A stretch of 63,105 bases of DNA, counting the filler, from Chiloscyllium plagiosum (taxonomy: Eukaryota), in NCBI RefSeq assembly GCF_004010195.1. It is 3 parts of one record of this genome, joined end to end, with 100 filler letters (N's around TTAATTAATTAA, not from the genome) between each part and the next. Parts side by side here need not be neighbours in the genome. Positions count along the whole stretch, not along the records: positions 1 to 17,878 come from NC_057710.1; 2 more parts are not named here. One strand, written 5' to 3'. Below, piece by piece: positions 1-12,961 of this stretch (position 1 is its first letter; the number at the start of each line of letters is the position of its first letter). Under the pieces are notes generated by a model, which worked only from the letters and a program-made list of their open reading frames with translations, was not told where the DNA came from and did not search any database. The position numbers and the translations under genes were made by a program.

Positions 1-510
1 TACAGCCACACTTGGAGTATTGTGTATAGTTCTGGTCACCGCATTATAAGAAGGATCTGGAAGCTTTGGAAAGGGTGCAGAGGAGATTTACTAGGATGTT
101 GCCTGGTATGGAAGGAATGTCTTACGAGGAAAGGCTGAGGGTCTTGAGGCTGTTCTCGTTAGAGAGAAGAAGGTTGAGAGGTGACCTAATAGAGACATAC
201 AAGATAATCAGAGGGTTAGATAGGGTGGACAGGGAGAGCCTTTTTCCAAGTATGGGGACGGCAAACACGAGGGGACACAACTTTAAAGTGAGGGAAGATA
301 GATATAAGACAGATGTCAGAGGTAGTTTCTTTACTCAAAGTAGTAAGGGTATGGAATGCTTTGCCTGCAAGAGTAGTAGATTTGCCAAGTTTAAGTGCAT
401 TTAAATCGTTATTGGACAGGCATATGGACGTACATGGAATAGTGTAGGACAGGGCGGCACAACATCGAGGGCCGAAGGGCCTGTACTGCGCTGTAATGTT
501 CTATGTTCTA
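1..510 (+). mobile_element. CR1 LINE 3' fragment
   Basis: ORF2 C-terminus ([23 protein letters not shown]...[11 protein letters not shown]) and a (ttctatg)n tail. Confidence 0.9.
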
Positions 511-704
511 TTTATTCAGTATTTAATATTTAAATGTAAAATGCATAGTTTCCAATTCTGAAATCCTTTATAATTAACTGGTTCTAATCCCTTAATTTAA
601 ATCCCAGATTAGGTTTCTTAAATGGTCCTGACCAGTCATTGCTCATTGACAATGCTTTAGACTGTGAAGTGACTGCAGCTGCCTTAGAACATCTTGTCTA
701 CTCA

Positions 705-1153
705 CATAGTGTCATAGAGATGTACAGCATGGAAACAGACCCTTCGGTCCAACCCATCCATGCCGACCAGATATCCCAACCCAGTCTAGTCCCACCTGCC
801 AGCACCTGGCCCATATCCCTCCAAACCCTTCCTATTCATATACCCACCCAGGTTCAATTGTACCAGCCTCCAACACTTCCTCTGGCAGATCATTCCATAC
901 ACATACCACCCTCTGTGTGAAAACATTGCCCCATAGGTCTCTTTTATATCTTTCCCCTCTCACCCTAAACCTATACCCTCTAGTTCTGGGCCACCCCCCA
1001 ACCCAGGGAAAATACTTTGTCTATTTATCCTATCCATGCCCCTCATGATTTTATAAACCTCTATAAGGTCACCCCTCAGCCTCCAACGCTCCAGACAAAA
1101 CAGCCCCGGCCTGTTCAGCCTCTCCCTGTAGCTCAGATACTCCAACCCTGGCA
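705..1153 (-). mobile_element. CR1 LINE 3' fragment
   Basis: [35 protein letters not shown] plus CR1 3' UTR. Confidence 0.85.
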
Positions 1154-1489
1154 AATAATGGCCAAATGCAAAGACATAGATATTAACAATAGGATGTTAA
1201 TTTTGTTACATGATTTACCACAACATAATGTTGAACTGAAACTTCAATTGTCATTGAGGGAGGGGAATTGATATTAAACAAAGCTACAACTGGCACACCA
1301 TAATCACCAATGAGACACAGCAGTCTCAAAATTTAGTGGAAACAAATGAGTCTGAAACAAAAATTAAATCTGCTAATATCATTTTCTGAAAACAATGCTG
1401 TTGGTTTGGGATATTTTGGATCTATCTTTATACTTGCAGTTTTACAAAATTTAGCTAAATTAAATAAGGTTCATGCAATTCCTCCACTT

Positions 1490-1810
1490 GGGTGGCACGG
1501 TGGCACAGTGGTTAGCACTGCTGCCTCACAGCGCCAGAGACCTGGGTTCAATTCCCGCCTCAGGTGACTGTCTGTGTGGAGTTTGCATGTTCTCCCCGTG
1601 TCTGCGTGGGTTTCCTCTGGGTGCTCCGGTTTCCTCCCACAGTCCAAAAATGTGCAGGTTAGGTGAATTGGCCATGCTAAATTGCCCGTAGTGTTAGGTG
1701 AAGGGGTAAATGTAGGGGCTTGGGTCTGGGTGGGTCGTGCTTTGGCAGGTTGGTGTGGACTTGTTGGGCCGAAGGGCCTATTTCCACACGTAAGTAATCT
1801 AATATAATCA
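1490..1810 (+). mobile_element. HE1/V-SINE-type tRNA-derived SINE
   Basis: A box TGGCACAGTGG, B box GGTTCAATTCC, V-domain core, CR1-like tail ggccgaagggcc and (taatc)n. Confidence 0.9.
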
Positions 1811-3284
1811 ATGAGCAAATGTTAAAGTCTGAAGTGATTTTCCAGAATGTTAGGTTTAGAGTATAACTAAAATTGAGCAGAGACCTGCTTTCACCCTGGA
1901 ACAGAACAATTCTGCACCTGAGGCCCAGGTTTAGTGCTACTGCTTTACGTCCTTGAGTCAATTCTTTCATTAGTACAACACGCGAGAGGGGTGAAAATTT
2001 ATCTTTGGCAGTAGCATGGAATTATGGGGAATTTGAGAGCAAGTTTATACTGATGTCAAATGGTGCAGAATCAAAGGAGAAGACATTTTGTTTATAAAAG
2101 ATTATAACACCGTCTTCCTCTGTATTAAACTGATTTGAAATTAAAGAAGATTAGTTTTCATGTAAGCATTAAAGTGATTAGTTAAAAAGTGACAGTAGGG
2201 CAGTCATGGCCTGTAAAAAGAACAGGAGTTAAGTTTTCATTTCATAATCACTGATGGATCCTTAATCTTAAAAGAAAACATGTTAAATTCCCAAACTGCA
2301 AATCAAATTCAAAACCGTCAAGGATCCTGAGCTCCAGGGATCAAAACAAATATTCAATGATCAACAAGCAAATGTGCATCCAAACCAAATCTCATAGGGT
2401 TAAACTTCCTGCAAGCTGCAGGGAATCAGTGCTGATTCTCTCTCTCTCTCTCTCGCACACATATGAACATTTTAAGGGTAATGAGGCACTCACGTTCCAA
2501 AACAGTCCAAAGTTAGGGAGTTTGCCTCATAAAATCCTGGCTGTGACACATAGCTGCTTAACCATGTGTGTGAGAATTGTATCACCAGCCAGATTTCTTT
2601 GTTCTAACATGACAAAAGCAGCAAGCACCCTCTATATTTCATAAACAAAGAACAAACACCAAAACAAACAGAACAAAACCATAGCAAACAAGAAAAAGCA
2701 GCAAAGCAAGACAAGCCAAGCTGAACAGATACAACAGAGAAGATAATCTTTCACTAATCAACAACCCAACAACAAACAGGACTAACGATTGCTGCAAAAC
2801 ATTCTCGACATTCGAAAACCCTGACAGTCTCATTATAATCTATCGTGATACTTCCTTGCTATGTCTTTCACAGAGTAGTTTGGAAATCAATGTAGACAAC
2901 GCCAATTTGACCAAATTTGAGTCCCCGAATCATTTGAAGTACCTCTTTATGCAGGTCCCTGACCTGTTAGTGGGAGTCCCTGACTGCCTGGAGTCCCTCA
3001 CTCCTCACTTTTTTTTAAAAAGAGTCCCCAACTTTATTTGGATCCACAGGTCCCCGACCTGTTAATAGGAGTCCCCGACTCCTTTTTAATCTTTTCTGAA
3101 TGAATTCTGACCAAGGCCGATCTTTCTCAGGCTGGACTGAGATAATAAGCAGCAAGGGGTCGAGTCAACCACGACTTGAATGAGAGGAAAACCAAACGGA
3201 GAAAATATTCACATCTGGCTGGCCGATTCCTCGACACTCAATCTGGAGGACTCACCTCTCACATCACTGCCCACAATCCGTCCA

Positions 3285-3470
3285 TACCAAGTCATGGCAC
3301 CAGATGAAGATCTGGACCCCCATGGGGTCTCTCTGTTCCATGATCGGTCAATAAGCCCTCACAATCCATTAAGGCATGATTCTTTACTTTCTTCATACGG
3401 CTGGGCACAGATTGTCCAGAAACACAGAGGTTAGACACTTCCTTGTTCCTCGGAGGAGCTGCGCACGATC
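3285..3470 (-). mobile_element. ERV/LTR-element remnant: U5 end (..CA) plus tRNA-His-like primer binding site
   Basis: Minus strand reads ...CTTCA-tc-TGGTGCCATGACTTGGTA, versus the tRNA-His PBS TGGTGCCGTGACTCGGAT. AGTAAA lies upstream and a GAG|GTGAGT donor ~30 nt downstream. Confidence 0.55.
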
Positions 3471-4070
3471 AGTATATGTAGGCAGGGATATAGGAGAGGG
3501 GATGGGTCAGTATGTGTCGGCAGGGATAGAGGAGAGGGGATGGGTCAGTATATGTAGGTGGGGCTGTAGTGGAGGGACCAGTTTGTCTATATAGGCAGGG
3601 CCATAGGGGTCTGGGAGGTTCTGATCTGTAGGCTCATAAGGGAGAGAGGGAGGGAGGGACTGGTTTGTATATGTAGGCAGGGTCGTGAGGGTGGGGATGG
3701 TCTGGTCTGTACATACAGGCAGGGCCGTAAGGGAGGGAGTGTCCGGTCTCTAAACATAGGCAGGGCCGGGGAGGGGTGGTCTATCAGTTTAGACAGGGCA
3801 GCATTTGGGGGAGAGGTGAGAGGGTCAATGACGGTTCTGTATATGTAGGCATGGCCATAAGGGAAGGAGGCTCTGTTGTGTAAGAAGAGCATCTGGTGTG
3901 TGTATATGTAAACAGGGCTGTGGGGGAGGACAGCTTGGTCTCTGTATGCAGCGAGGGCTGTCGAGAGAGCAAAGGTCTGGTCCCTATAGAGGATGGAAGG
4001 TCTTGTCTCTATATGTAGGCAGGGCTCCAGGGGAGGAGGTTCTAGTCTGTATATAGGCAGGGCAGGAGGA
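3470..4070. repeat. Degenerate ~40-bp tandem repeat (tatatgtaggcaggg... core)
   Basis: Recurrent (t)atatgtaggcaggg / atataggcaggg followed by G-rich spacers. Confidence 0.6.
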
Positions 4071-5030
4071 GTAGGCCTGAATGAATGCAGGAGCAGCTGC
4101 AGGAGAGTGCTAGTATTGATAAACCTCAGCACCTTCTTCCCATTTTGTCTCCCTATTCTCAGGCTTTCAACAACTTTGGAGCACTTGTTATGACCTAAGT
4201 TGGCTGAGTGCACTGTCTATCTCTTAAACTCACTACTCCCTGATACTATCCGTTATATACAGAAACGTACATTGCTGGGAAAACTCAGTATTTGGGAGAG
4301 AAGGCAGAGTTAACTTTTCAAGTCCATTGATCCTTCTTCAGAATCATTTCTGCCAGAGCTGTTGAGTTTTCCCAGCAATTTCTGTTTTGATTCTGATTTC
4401 CAGCATGTTTTCTTTTGTTTCGGATTCAGTTATATGCTTTATTAAGTTTGGAGTTTTTGAGAAGATTTGTAGCTCAGGTTGACGTTGAGGTTGTAGGTTT
4501 GCTCACTGAGCTGGAAGGTTTATTTTCAGACGTTTCATCACCATACTGGGTTAGACATCAGTGAGCCTCTGGTAATGGACTGGTGTTATGTCCCACTTTC
4601 TATTTCTGTGTCTTGGTCTCTTAAGGAGGGTGATATCATTTCTGGTTCTTTTTCTCAGAGGTTGGTAGGTGGGGTCTAAATTGATGTGTTTATTGATGGA
4701 GTTCTGGTCAGAATGCCAGGCCTCTAGGAATTCCCATGCGTGTCTCTGTTTGGCTTGACCTAAGATGGATGTATTGTCCAGTCGCATTGGTGTCCTCCTT
4801 TGTCTATATGTAAGGATACCAGTGATAGAAACCCAAACAAACAGCCCACCCAACTATCCAACCCAAACATTCGGTCTGCTATGTGGCTGACACCTTTGTC
4901 ATCACAAAACACAACAAATTAGAGGAAACCTATAACATCATCAACAATATCCTCTCTGGCATAAAATTCACAAAAGAGGAAGAGGACAACAACAGACTCA
5001 CATTCTGAGTTGTCACAGTAGAACGAACAG

Positions 5031-6285
5031 AGTGGTGCTGGAAAAGCAGCATCCGAGGAGCAGGAAAATCGACGTTTCGGGCAAAATCCCTTCATCAGGA
5101 ATAGAGGCAGGGAGTCTCCAGGGTGGAGAGATAAATGGGGGGGGCTGGGGAGAAGGTAGCCAAGAGTACAGTAGGTCAATGGGTGGTGGGGATGGAGATG
5201 ATAGGTCAGAGAGACGGGGTGGAGCGGATAGGTGGGAAGGAAGATTGGCAGGTAGGACAGGTCATGAGGATGGTGCTGACACATTCACCAACACATTCCA
5301 CCCCCGACCTTAAATTCACCTGGACCATCTCTGACACCTTCCCCTTCCTGGACCTCTCCATCTCCATTAATGACGACCAACTTGACACTGACATTTTTGG
5401 CAAACCCACCGACTCCCACCCTACCTCCTGCAAAAATGCCATCCCGTATTCCCAATTCCTCTGCCTCCGCCGTATCTGCTCCCAGGAGGACCAGTTCCAC
5501 CACAGAACACACCAGATGGCCTCCTTCTTTAGAGATCGCAATTTCCCTTCCCACTTGGTTGAAGATGCCCTCCAACGCATCTCTTCCAAATCCCGCACCT
5601 CCGCCCTCAAACCCCACCCCTCCAACCATAACAAGGACAGACCCCCCGGTCCTCACCTTCCACCCTACCAACCTTCACATTAACGGCATCATCCACCAAC
5701 ATTTCCGCCACCTCCAAACAGACCCCACCCCTTTCCGCAAAGACCATTCCCTCCGTGACTACCTGGTCAGGTCCACGCCCCCCTACAACCCACCCTCCCC
5801 TCCTGGCCCCTTCCCCTGCCACCGTAGGAATTGCAAAATCTGTGTCCACACCTCCCCTCACATCTCCATCCAAGGCCCTAAAGGAGTCTTCCACATCCAT
5901 CAAAGTTTCACCTGCACATCCACTAATATCATTTATTGTATCCGTTGCTCCCGATGCGGTCTCCTCTACATTGGGGAGACTGGACGCCTCCGAGCAGAGT
6001 GCTTTAGGGAACATCTCCGAGACACTCGCACCAATCAACCACACATTTCAACTCCCCCTCCCAATCTGCCAAGGACATGCAAGTCCTGGGCCTCCTCCAC
6101 CGCCGTTCCCTTACCACTCAACGCCTGGAGGAAGAACACCTCATCTTCCGCCTCGGAACACTTCAACTCCAGGGCATCAATGTGGACTTCACCAGTTTCC
6201 TCATTTCCCCTCCCCCACCTTACTCCAGTTCCAACCTGCCAGCTCAGCACCATCCACATGACCTGTCTGGTTTCCAGCATCTCCT
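5031..6285 (+). mobile_element. Penelope-like element (Neptune-type: RT end, Cys/His linker, GIY-YIG), frameshifted, with inverted 3' segment at its 5' end
   Basis: LKFTWTISDTFPFLDL, IPYSQFLCLRRICS, PCHRRNCKICVH, NIIYCIRCSRCGLLYIGETGR. Flanked by a duplication cacagtagaa(c/t)gaacag at ~5014-5030 and ~6294-6310. Confidence 0.88.
5067..5102 (-). ncRNA. Minimal type I hammerhead ribozyme motif in Penelope pLTR
   Basis: attc-CTGATGA-agggattttgccc-GAAAC-GTC-gatt on the minus strand. Confidence 0.6.
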
Positions 6286-7394
6286 CACTGTTGCACAGTA
6301 GAATGAACAGTTAATGGAGAACTTCAAACCAGAATCTACAGGAAAGCAACACACACAGACCAGATGCTTAACTACAGAAGCAATCATCCCAACACCCACA
6401 AACTGAGCTGCATCAGGCCATTACTTCAATGGGCCACAACACACTGCAGCTCCCAAGAACTATGGACAGCAGAAGAAAAATACCTATACAGCATATTCAC
6501 GAAGAATGGGTTCCCAATAAATACAGTCCAGCGATTTCTCAACAACCAACCCAAACAAGCAGATACAATGTGCTCAGAAACTCGAGCCACATTACCTTAC
6601 ATCAAAGACATCTATGAAATGACTTCCAGACTACTCTGACCCCTTGGCATCTAAAGGACCCGATACACACAACCAGCAAAATGAATGTCATTTACAAAGT
6701 GTCATGCAAGGAATGTAAGAAACATTACATCAGACAGATCGGCAGAAAACTCGTCACCAGGATACATGAAAGCCAACTAGCCACCAAAAGACATGACCCA
6801 CTATCACTAGTACCCTTATATACAGATGAAGAAGGACACCACCTTGACTGGGACAATGCATCCATCCTCGGACAGGCCAAACAGAGACACGCATGGAAAT
6901 TCCTAGAAGCCTGGCATTCTGACCGGAACTCCATCAAGAAACACATCGATTTAGACCCAATCTACCATCCTCTGAGAAAAAGAACCAGAAATGATATCAC
7001 CCACCTCAAGAGACCAAGACACATAAATGGAAAGTGGAATATAACACCAGTGCATCACCGTTGGCTCACTGATGATGTTACCTAGTATGGTGATGAAGAA
7101 TCTGAAAATCAACCTTCCAGCTCAGCGAGCAAACTTACAACCATACTTTAACAATGCCCAGAGTCAAATGAACCTTCAAACTCTTCAAAACACAACCAAA
7201 TTACTGGTTTAAAACAAGATATATTAAACATAATCAATGTTGATGAACAGTTGTTGAAATATTAACATGGAAATATTTATCCTACAAGCACATATACCAA
7301 ACTAAAGAGAAAAAAATTACTTTCTCTACATGGATGATACTGGACACCGGCAGCTCCTCAAATTCTGGTATCTTCAAACAGTTTACTCAACATG

Positions 7395-8190
7395 TCATAC
7401 AATCATACAACACGGAAACAGACCCATCGCTGCAACCAATCCGTAGTCCCAAACTAAACTAGTTCCCCCTGTCTACTCCTGGCCCATATCCCTCTAAACC
7501 TTTCCTCTTCATGTACTTATCCAAATGTCTTTTAAATGTTGTAATTGTATCCACGTCCATTACTTCCTCAGGAAGTTCATTCCACATGCAAGCCATCTCT
7601 GTGTAAAAGAATTTAGCCCTCCATTTTTAAAAAAAAAATCTCTATCTTCTCACCTTAAAAATGTGCCCCGCTCTTGAAATCCCTCATCCTTGGGAAATGA
7701 TAACCACCATTAACTCTATCTATACCCCTCATTATTTTTAGAAATGTCTATATGGTTACCTGTCAACCTCCTACACTCCAGTGAAAAACTGCCAACCTTT
7801 CTTTTATAACTCAAACCTTCCATATTCAGCAACAACCTGGGTAAGTCTCTTCTGAACCCTCTCCAGCTTAATAATATCCTTCCTATAACTGGGTGACCAG
7901 AACTGGACACTGTATTCCAGAAGGGGCCTCACTAACTTCCTGTACAAGCTCAACATGACTTCCAACTCCTGCACCCAAAGGACTGAGCAATGAAAGCACA
8001 CATGCTAAACACCTTTTTAACCACCTTGTCATATGTGATGCAAATTCAAAGTATTATGTACTTGAACCCCTAGGTCCCTCTATGACACTACCCAAGGCCC
8101 TACCATTAATTGTATAAGCCCTACTCTTTTTTTGTTGTACTAAAATGGAATACCTCACATTTATCCAGATTGAACACCACCTGCCATTCA
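7395..8190 (-). mobile_element. CR1 LINE 3' fragment
   Basis: LVRPLLEYSVQFWSPSYRKDIIKLERVQKR plus 3' UTR. Confidence 0.85.
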
Positions 8191-8723
8191 TGTCAAACGG
8201 TAGTTTTTCAGGGAGCTAGATCAGATTTACAACTCTCCTAATGCCCTCTCCAAAATGGTTTATCAGAAAGGTGGCAAGCAGCTGAGCTAAGGGTCTTACC
8301 CCTTCTATTGAATCACCAGGGCTGACCACCTCAACTGAATTCTCAACAATATCAAAACAGCAAAGCCATACACTCAGACATGTGACTTCCAAGAAGTTCA
8401 AACATTCCACGCTAACCAACTTGGCTGCAAGTGTTTGGAACTCTCTTCCCCAGACAGCACAGGAGACGGAGTTATTGAATTATTGGGGGTAGGCAGGAAT
8501 ATAGAGTCAAGGTCACAGTGAAATCACAATCTTATGACCAAATGGTCTACCCCACCCCGGACTGAGGCAGATGTATGACATTTTACAGGACAATGCCACT
8601 TTACTCATTTCAAACACAGGGATGAGCTATAAATGCCAGCCTTGCCAATGCCTTCAGAGGTCTGTTCCCATTCATCAATGGGATGATTTATGGATGAAAA
8701 TTTAACAGAATCTCAAGAAAAAT

Positions 8724-9223
8724 NNNNNNNNNNNNNNNNNNNNNNNNNNNNNNNNNNNNNNNNNNNNNNNNNNNNNNNNNNNNNNNNNNNNNNNNNNNNN
8801 NNNNNNNNNNNNNNNNNNNNNNNNNNNNNNNNNNNNNNNNNNNNNNNNNNNNNNNNNNNNNNNNNNNNNNNNNNNNNNNNNNNNNNNNNNNNNNNNNNNN
8901 NNNNNNNNNNNNNNNNNNNNNNNNNNNNNNNNNNNNNNNNNNNNNNNNNNNNNNNNNNNNNNNNNNNNNNNNNNNNNNNNNNNNNNNNNNNNNNNNNNNN
9001 NNNNNNNNNNNNNNNNNNNNNNNNNNNNNNNNNNNNNNNNNNNNNNNNNNNNNNNNNNNNNNNNNNNNNNNNNNNNNNNNNNNNNNNNNNNNNNNNNNNN
9101 NNNNNNNNNNNNNNNNNNNNNNNNNNNNNNNNNNNNNNNNNNNNNNNNNNNNNNNNNNNNNNNNNNNNNNNNNNNNNNNNNNNNNNNNNNNNNNNNNNNN
9201 NNNNNNNNNNNNNNNNNNNNNNN
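8724..9223. other. Assembly gap (500 N)
   Basis: Run of N. Confidence 1.
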
Positions 9224-9343
9224 GGATTAGGAATGGGAGTCGGCTCTTCAGCTGTTTGATCATGGCTGACCTTATCCTGGCCTCAACTCCACTCTCTGCC
9301 TACTCCCCACTGCCCTTTATCTCACTCTTCATCAGAAACCAAT

Positions 9344-9986
9344 CCCTGAGAGTTGCCACCCAGGGTGAGAGTGCTGCTAAGGAGGCATATGATGTGTTAG
9401 GTTTCATTCGGAGAAGGATTGAATTCCAGAGCTGCAATATCATGCTGCAACTATACGAAACGCTGGTGTGGAAGCACTTGGAATATTGTGTACAGTTCTG
9501 TCCCCATATTTCGGGAAGGATGTGGAAGCATTGGAAAAGGTGCAGAGGAGATTTACCAGGATGTTGCCTGGTCTGGAGGGAAGGTCTTATGAGGAAAGGC
9601 TGAGAGACTTGGGTCTGTTCTCATTGGAAAGAAGAAGGCTAAGGGGGGATTTGATCGAGACCTAAAAGATGATCAGAGGATTAGATAGGGTAGACAGTGA
9701 AAGTCTTTTTCCTAGGATGATGACGTCAGCTTGTACGAATTGAGGGGTGATATATTTAAGACAGATGTCAGAGGCAGGTTCTTTATGCAGAGTGTGGTAA
9801 GGGTGTGGAAAGCCCTACCTGCTAATGTAGTCAACTCAGCCACATTAGGGAGATTTAAACAATCCTTAGATAAGCACGTGGATGATGATGGGATAGTGTT
9901 TAAGGGGATGAGCTGAGAGTAGTTCACAGGTCGGTGCAACATCGAGGGCCGAAGGGCCTGTTCTGCGCTGTATTGTTCTATGTTCT
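9344..9986 (+). mobile_element. CR1 LINE 3' fragment
   Basis: [26 protein letters not shown], (ttctatg) tail. Confidence 0.9.
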
Positions 9987-9989
9987 AAT

Positions 9990-11020
9990 TCTTTCTGGGA
10001 TCTGTGGATTGACTCTGCCCCCACTGCAGTCTGGGCCAGTGAGTCCCACAGATTCCCAACCCTCTGGGAGAAATAGTTTCTCCTTATCTCAGTGTTGAAC
10101 CGACCTCCCCTCACTCTATATCTATGGCCTGTTGTTCGAGACTGTCCCACAAAGGGGGACTACCTGTTCACTGTCCGCCTTATCAATCCCCTTTGGTATT
10201 TTATATATCAGATGCTCCCTCTCCCCCCCGCCATTCCTCCTGAACTCCAGTGAATACAAGCCCAAGCTCTTGAACTGCTCCGAGTATGACAGCCCTTTCA
10301 TCCATGGAGTCAACCTGGAGTCCCATCAGACTCCCAATGTTAACTCTGCTTTTTCGCCCCAGATGCTGCCAGACCTGCTACGTTTCTCTGGCATTGTTAA
10401 AAAGTAGTCCTGCAGGTTTCTGTGATCATGTCCCTTATTAACTTTGATCCCTTCTAGTGACTGTGTATCCTCCTCTATCGCCATGGACTGGGCAGCATCT
10501 CCCTCTTTGGTTAAAAACAGATGCTGACTATTCAGTTAACATCTCAGCCATGCCCCCCCCCCCCCCCGCCTATGACTTCCCAACGTCATTTCTAACTCAG
10601 AGTCACACAGCACGGAAACAAACTCTTCAGTCCAACCCGTCCATGCTGAACATATTCCCCAACTGAACCGTCCCACCTGCCTGCTCCTGGCCCATATCCC
10701 TCCAAACCTCTCCTCTTCAGTACTTATCCAAATGTCTTTTAAACGTTGTAACTACACCCACATCCACCACTTCCTCAGGAAGTTCATTGCACACACGAAC
10801 CACTCTGTGTTTAAAAGAAAATTGCCCTCATGTCTTTTTAAAATATTTCTTCTCTCACCTTAAAAATACACCCCGCCCCATCTTGAAATCCCCCACCCTA
10901 GGGAAAAGACACCTGCCATTCCCCTTTATCCATGCCCCTCATGATGTTATAAACCTCTATAAGGTCATCCCTCAACCTCCTACATTCCCGTGAAAAAAGT
11001 CCCAGCCCATCCAGCCTGTC
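9990..11020 (-). mobile_element. Cluster of degraded CR1 3' fragments
   Basis: GLYSLEFRR, RRNYFSQRVGNLWDSL, and a second CR1 3' end at ~10600-11020. Confidence 0.7.
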
Positions 11021-11394
11021 CTCCTGACTCCTCCTCTGTCACCCAGGGAGCTCTGGATTTGTCCCACAGAAAGGGAATGTACCACAACTATCCCTGAACT
11101 TCTTTGAAGGTAGCTCATTGTTCAGTGACTGTTGTTTCTCACCAGCTTTGGCTGCAGTCTATCCAGCCCAGCTCTCCGAAGGTTCCTACCCTAGACTGAC
11201 CATTGTCACTGACGTCCATCATCCGAAACCTTACCATGCAACAATCATTGTGCCTGAAATATTCCCCAACTGTCCCAAGACCCACTCCATCAGTGCCTCC
11301 TTCTTTGTTGAACTGGACACATACTGTTGTAGGAAATGCTCCTGCATATAAAGCAGGAACACTTGACCTTTGCTTCCCCATACAACCAATATCA

Positions 11395-12260
11395 TAAAAT
11401 CATAAGACATCAGAGACAAAATTAGGCCATTCGGCCCATTGGTCTCCTCCGCCATTCAATCATGGTTGATAAGTTTCTCAACCCCATTCTCCCGCTTTTA
11501 GATTAGATTCCCCTACAGTGTGGAAACAGGCCCTTCGGCCCAACCAGTCCACACTGACCCTCCGAAGGTAACCCACCCAAACCCATTTCCCTCTGACTAA
11601 TACACCTAACACTACGGGCAATTTTACACGGCCAATTTCACCTAACCTGCAAAACTTTGGACTGGGGGAGGAAACCGGAGCACCCAGAGGAAACACACAC
11701 AGACACGGTGAGAATGTGCAAACTCCACACGGACAGTCTCCCGAGGCTGGAATCGAACCTGGGACCCTGGTGCTGTGAGGCAGCCGGGCTAACCACTGAG
11801 CCACCATGCCGCCCCCGTAGCCCTTGATCCCCTTGATAATCAAGGACCTATCTATCCCAGCCTTAAACATACTCAATGACCTGGCCTCCACAGCCTCCTG
11901 TGGCAGTGAATTCCACAGACTCCCCACTCTCTGGCTGAAGAAGTTTCTCCTTATCTCCATTCTAGAGGGTCTTCCCTTTACTCTAAGGCTGTGCCCTCGG
12001 GTCCTAGTCTCTCCAACATCTTCCCAACATCTACTCTGTCCAGGCCATTCAGTATTCTGTAAGTTTTAATTAGATTCCCCCTCATCCTTCGAAACTCCAT
12101 CGAGTATAGACCCATAGTTCTCAAATATTCCTCATATGCTAAGTTTTTCATTCCTGGGACCATTCTCGTGAGCCTCCTCTGAACAAGGTCCAGGGCCAAT
12201 ACATCCTTCCTGAGATATGGGGCCCAAAACTGCTCACAATACTCTAAATATGGTCTGACT
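11395..12260 (-). mobile_element. CR1 LINE 3' fragment with nested SINE
   Basis: VQRRLTRMVPGMKNLAYEEYLRTMGLYSMEFRRMRGNLI, RRNFFSQRVGSLWNSLP. Confidence 0.85.
11497..11813 (-). mobile_element. HE1/V-SINE-type SINE inserted in CR1
   Basis: Reverse-complement similarity to the 1490-1810 SINE. Confidence 0.9.
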
Positions 12261-12961
12261 GGAAAATATCTGAATTGATAGATGAATAATTAAACTCCCC
12301 CGTTCTAACTGCTTGATGATGTTTGCACCTCTCTGTAATTTCCCTCTGGATTTGTTGCTTTACACCTTTTCCACTCATGTGTCTATCGATTACACCGAGA
12401 AATGTAATTTGACTCTTTTCATTCCTCTCGCAAAATCGATTCTGTCCTTGAAGCTTCTGGGACATCCTTTTCTCCAGCACTGCAGTGCTTTCCTTCACCA
12501 AAAACCACACCTCCTTTTTAAAAATCCTTTCCTATATTTTTAGAACCAGGAATATTTAACACCCAGTCAAGCCTCCCTTCGGCCAGGTTTCAGTTATCAC
12601 TGAGTTTCTCGGGATTGCATCCATATCTCCCTAACCTTATTCGCTATACTCTGCATGTTCACAAAAAAAGCAGCATGATTCTCATTTAACCATCATTATT
12701 TTCAGTAAATTTATTACTCTCTATTCCAGTGCTAACTGCTTTGCTCAGTATTTTGTGGACTCTGGTCTTACTCTCTGATGTTCTCTGCTGGCTCCCACAC
12801 CCCTGCTGATTTCCTTTGAATCCTCCCCAATTACATGTGACAAGGAACTCAGCTCTGGCTTTTTTCAGACATGACCCGAGCAGCTATTGACCCCAGAGAG
12901 CTGAGGTTTAAATCCAACCACCACATCAGACAGAATTTAGGTTCAACAAACTCTGGACTCA

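Larger units (their letters stand above)
4455..7142 (+). mobile_element. Penelope-like element (Poseidon-type GIY-YIG) with inverted pLTR, interrupted by a second Penelope
   Basis: RT C-terminus/thumb (LNYRSNHPNTHKLSCIRPL) and GIY-YIG (NVIYKVSCKECKKHYIRQIGRKLVTRIHE). 4489-4828 is the reverse complement of ~6800-7142. Confidence 0.85.

Noticed and set aside
1490..1570. tRNA genes at A/B-box motifs
   Set aside because: These are SINE heads continuing into the V-domain and CR1-like tail; no complete cloverleaf was seen.
3587..4213. 208-aa Pro-rich ORF
   Set aside because: Reads through the degenerate tandem repeat; no domain evidence.
8688..9263. Long ORFs here and at 53407-54356
   Set aside because: Artefacts of N runs.
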